Shown here: positions 63,478 to 64,000 of the stretch, in pieces
Position numbering within the stretch: position 1 is the first letter of the stretch
Layout of the letters: each line of letters opens with the position of its first letter
Assembly: GCA_017461065.1 (NCBI GenBank)
Contig: JAFTZC010000013.1
Coordinates: forward strand, 3,808-67,807
Origin: Clostridia bacterium
GTDB lineage: Bacteria; Bacillota; Clostridia; Christensenellales; DTU072
DNA: 64,000 bases
Direction of reading: 5' to 3'
The notes under the pieces: generated by a model
What the model saw: the letters and a program-made list of their open reading frames with translations, nothing else
What the model was told of the DNA's origin: nothing
Database searches by the model: none
Made by a program: the position numbers and the translations under genes

Positions 63478-64000
63478 TTAGTCGTCAGCGCCAAGGAGCT
63501 CGAGCTTGCTCTTGGGTGGAACCATCTTGCTATCGCCGTGCTTTACAAAGAACATTAGAGCAATAGAGATAATTACGCAAACTACCGAGTAAAGGAATAG
63601 GTACTTGGTGCCCCACTCGTCCATAATCAAACCTGCGATAAATGGGGTGATAGCTTGAGCCGACATAGTTGCGGTGTAATACAAACCGGTGTACTTACCG
63701 ATGGTTGCGTTGGAAGATAGTTCAACGACCATTGGGAAGGTGTTAACGTTACCGATGATTAAACCGAAGCCTGCGATTAGATAGAAGATAGCGTATAGAT
63801 ATACTGCCGATGGGCTTGGGGTTGCTGCAAAGAAGAAGATTAGCAAGTAGCTTAGTAGAGCCAAGCCGAAGCCGAGCATAATGGACTTTCTTCTACCAAT
63901 CTTAACTGCGAGCCAGCCAACGGGGATAAATGCAACTGCACTAACGCCCATTGATACGCCACTGATGATACCGCCGATACCTGCCGATTGACCAAGGGTC
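63478..64000 (-). CDS. MFS-type transporter, C-terminal part (gene continues past the right edge)
   Basis: The reading frame stays open to position 64000 (...TLGQSAGIGGIISGVSMGVSAVAF...). It has about 5 TM helices. The ORF-track Met at 63951 is internal. Confidence 0.65.
   Translation of the reverse strand, partial: TLGQSAGIGGIISGVSMGVSAVAFIPVGWLAVKIGRRKSIMLGFGLALLSYLLIFFFAATPSPSAVYLYAIFYLIAGFGLIIGNVNTFPMVVELSSNATIGKYTGLYYTATMSAQAITPFIAGLIMDEWGTKYLFLYSVVCVIISIALMFFVKHGDSKMVPPKSKLELLGADD

Noticed and set aside
1-64000. A search for rRNA, tRNA, tmRNA, riboswitch or T-box leaders in the intergenic regions.
   Set aside because: I could not recognise any cloverleaf-compatible sequence, conserved rRNA segment or familiar riboswitch core by eye. 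Absence is not proven without tRNAscan or Infernal.

Overview
This 64-kb window looks like chromosome from a low/medium-GC Gram-positive-type anaerobe, probably Bacillota/Clostridia-like. The indicators are GGAGG-type RBSs, many LxxC lipoproteins, BspA-type LRR surface proteins and hairpin terminators. This placement is an inference, not a database result. I support about 54 protein-coding genes and found no rRNA, tRNA, CRISPR array, transposase or integrase. Four things stand out. (1) Positions 38.7-45.2 kb hold a five-gene operon with no intergenic bases, joined by four consecutive TAATG stop/start overlaps. It encodes a degenerate RF1 paralog (GGQ kept, codon-reading loop lost), an SF1 UvrD-like ATPase, a coiled-coil protein, a GLUG-repeat membrane protein and a 73-aa hydrophobic protein. 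This is my best candidate for an undescribed system. (2) Positions 0-19 kb form a nucleic-acid scavenging neighbourhood. A CUT1-type ABC importer appears co-transcribed with a secreted SNase-OB nuclease and a roughly 6x OB-fold lipoprotein. Nearby lie an endonuclease I giant protein, SurE, two NrnA-like DHH phosphoesterases, a NUDIX enzyme, a 2H phosphoesterase and a pdp-like gene start. (3) Positions 56.2-58.8 kb are a visibly AT-richer three-gene cassette: HTH controller, NPPF methyltransferase and DUF262-HNH nuclease. (4) A mosaic family of intergenic repeats sits mostly between convergent genes. It includes heptamer microsatellites, arrays of a constant 9-mer 'word' alternating with variable small hairpins, and a ~130-bp inverted-repeat-bounded terminator element whose outer TAA serves as the neighbouring gene's stop codon. 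The remainder is glycan utilisation (2x GH2, GH5, GH35), transporters and housekeeping genes. All motif coordinates were hand-counted and may be off by 1-2 nt. No searches or statistics were run.
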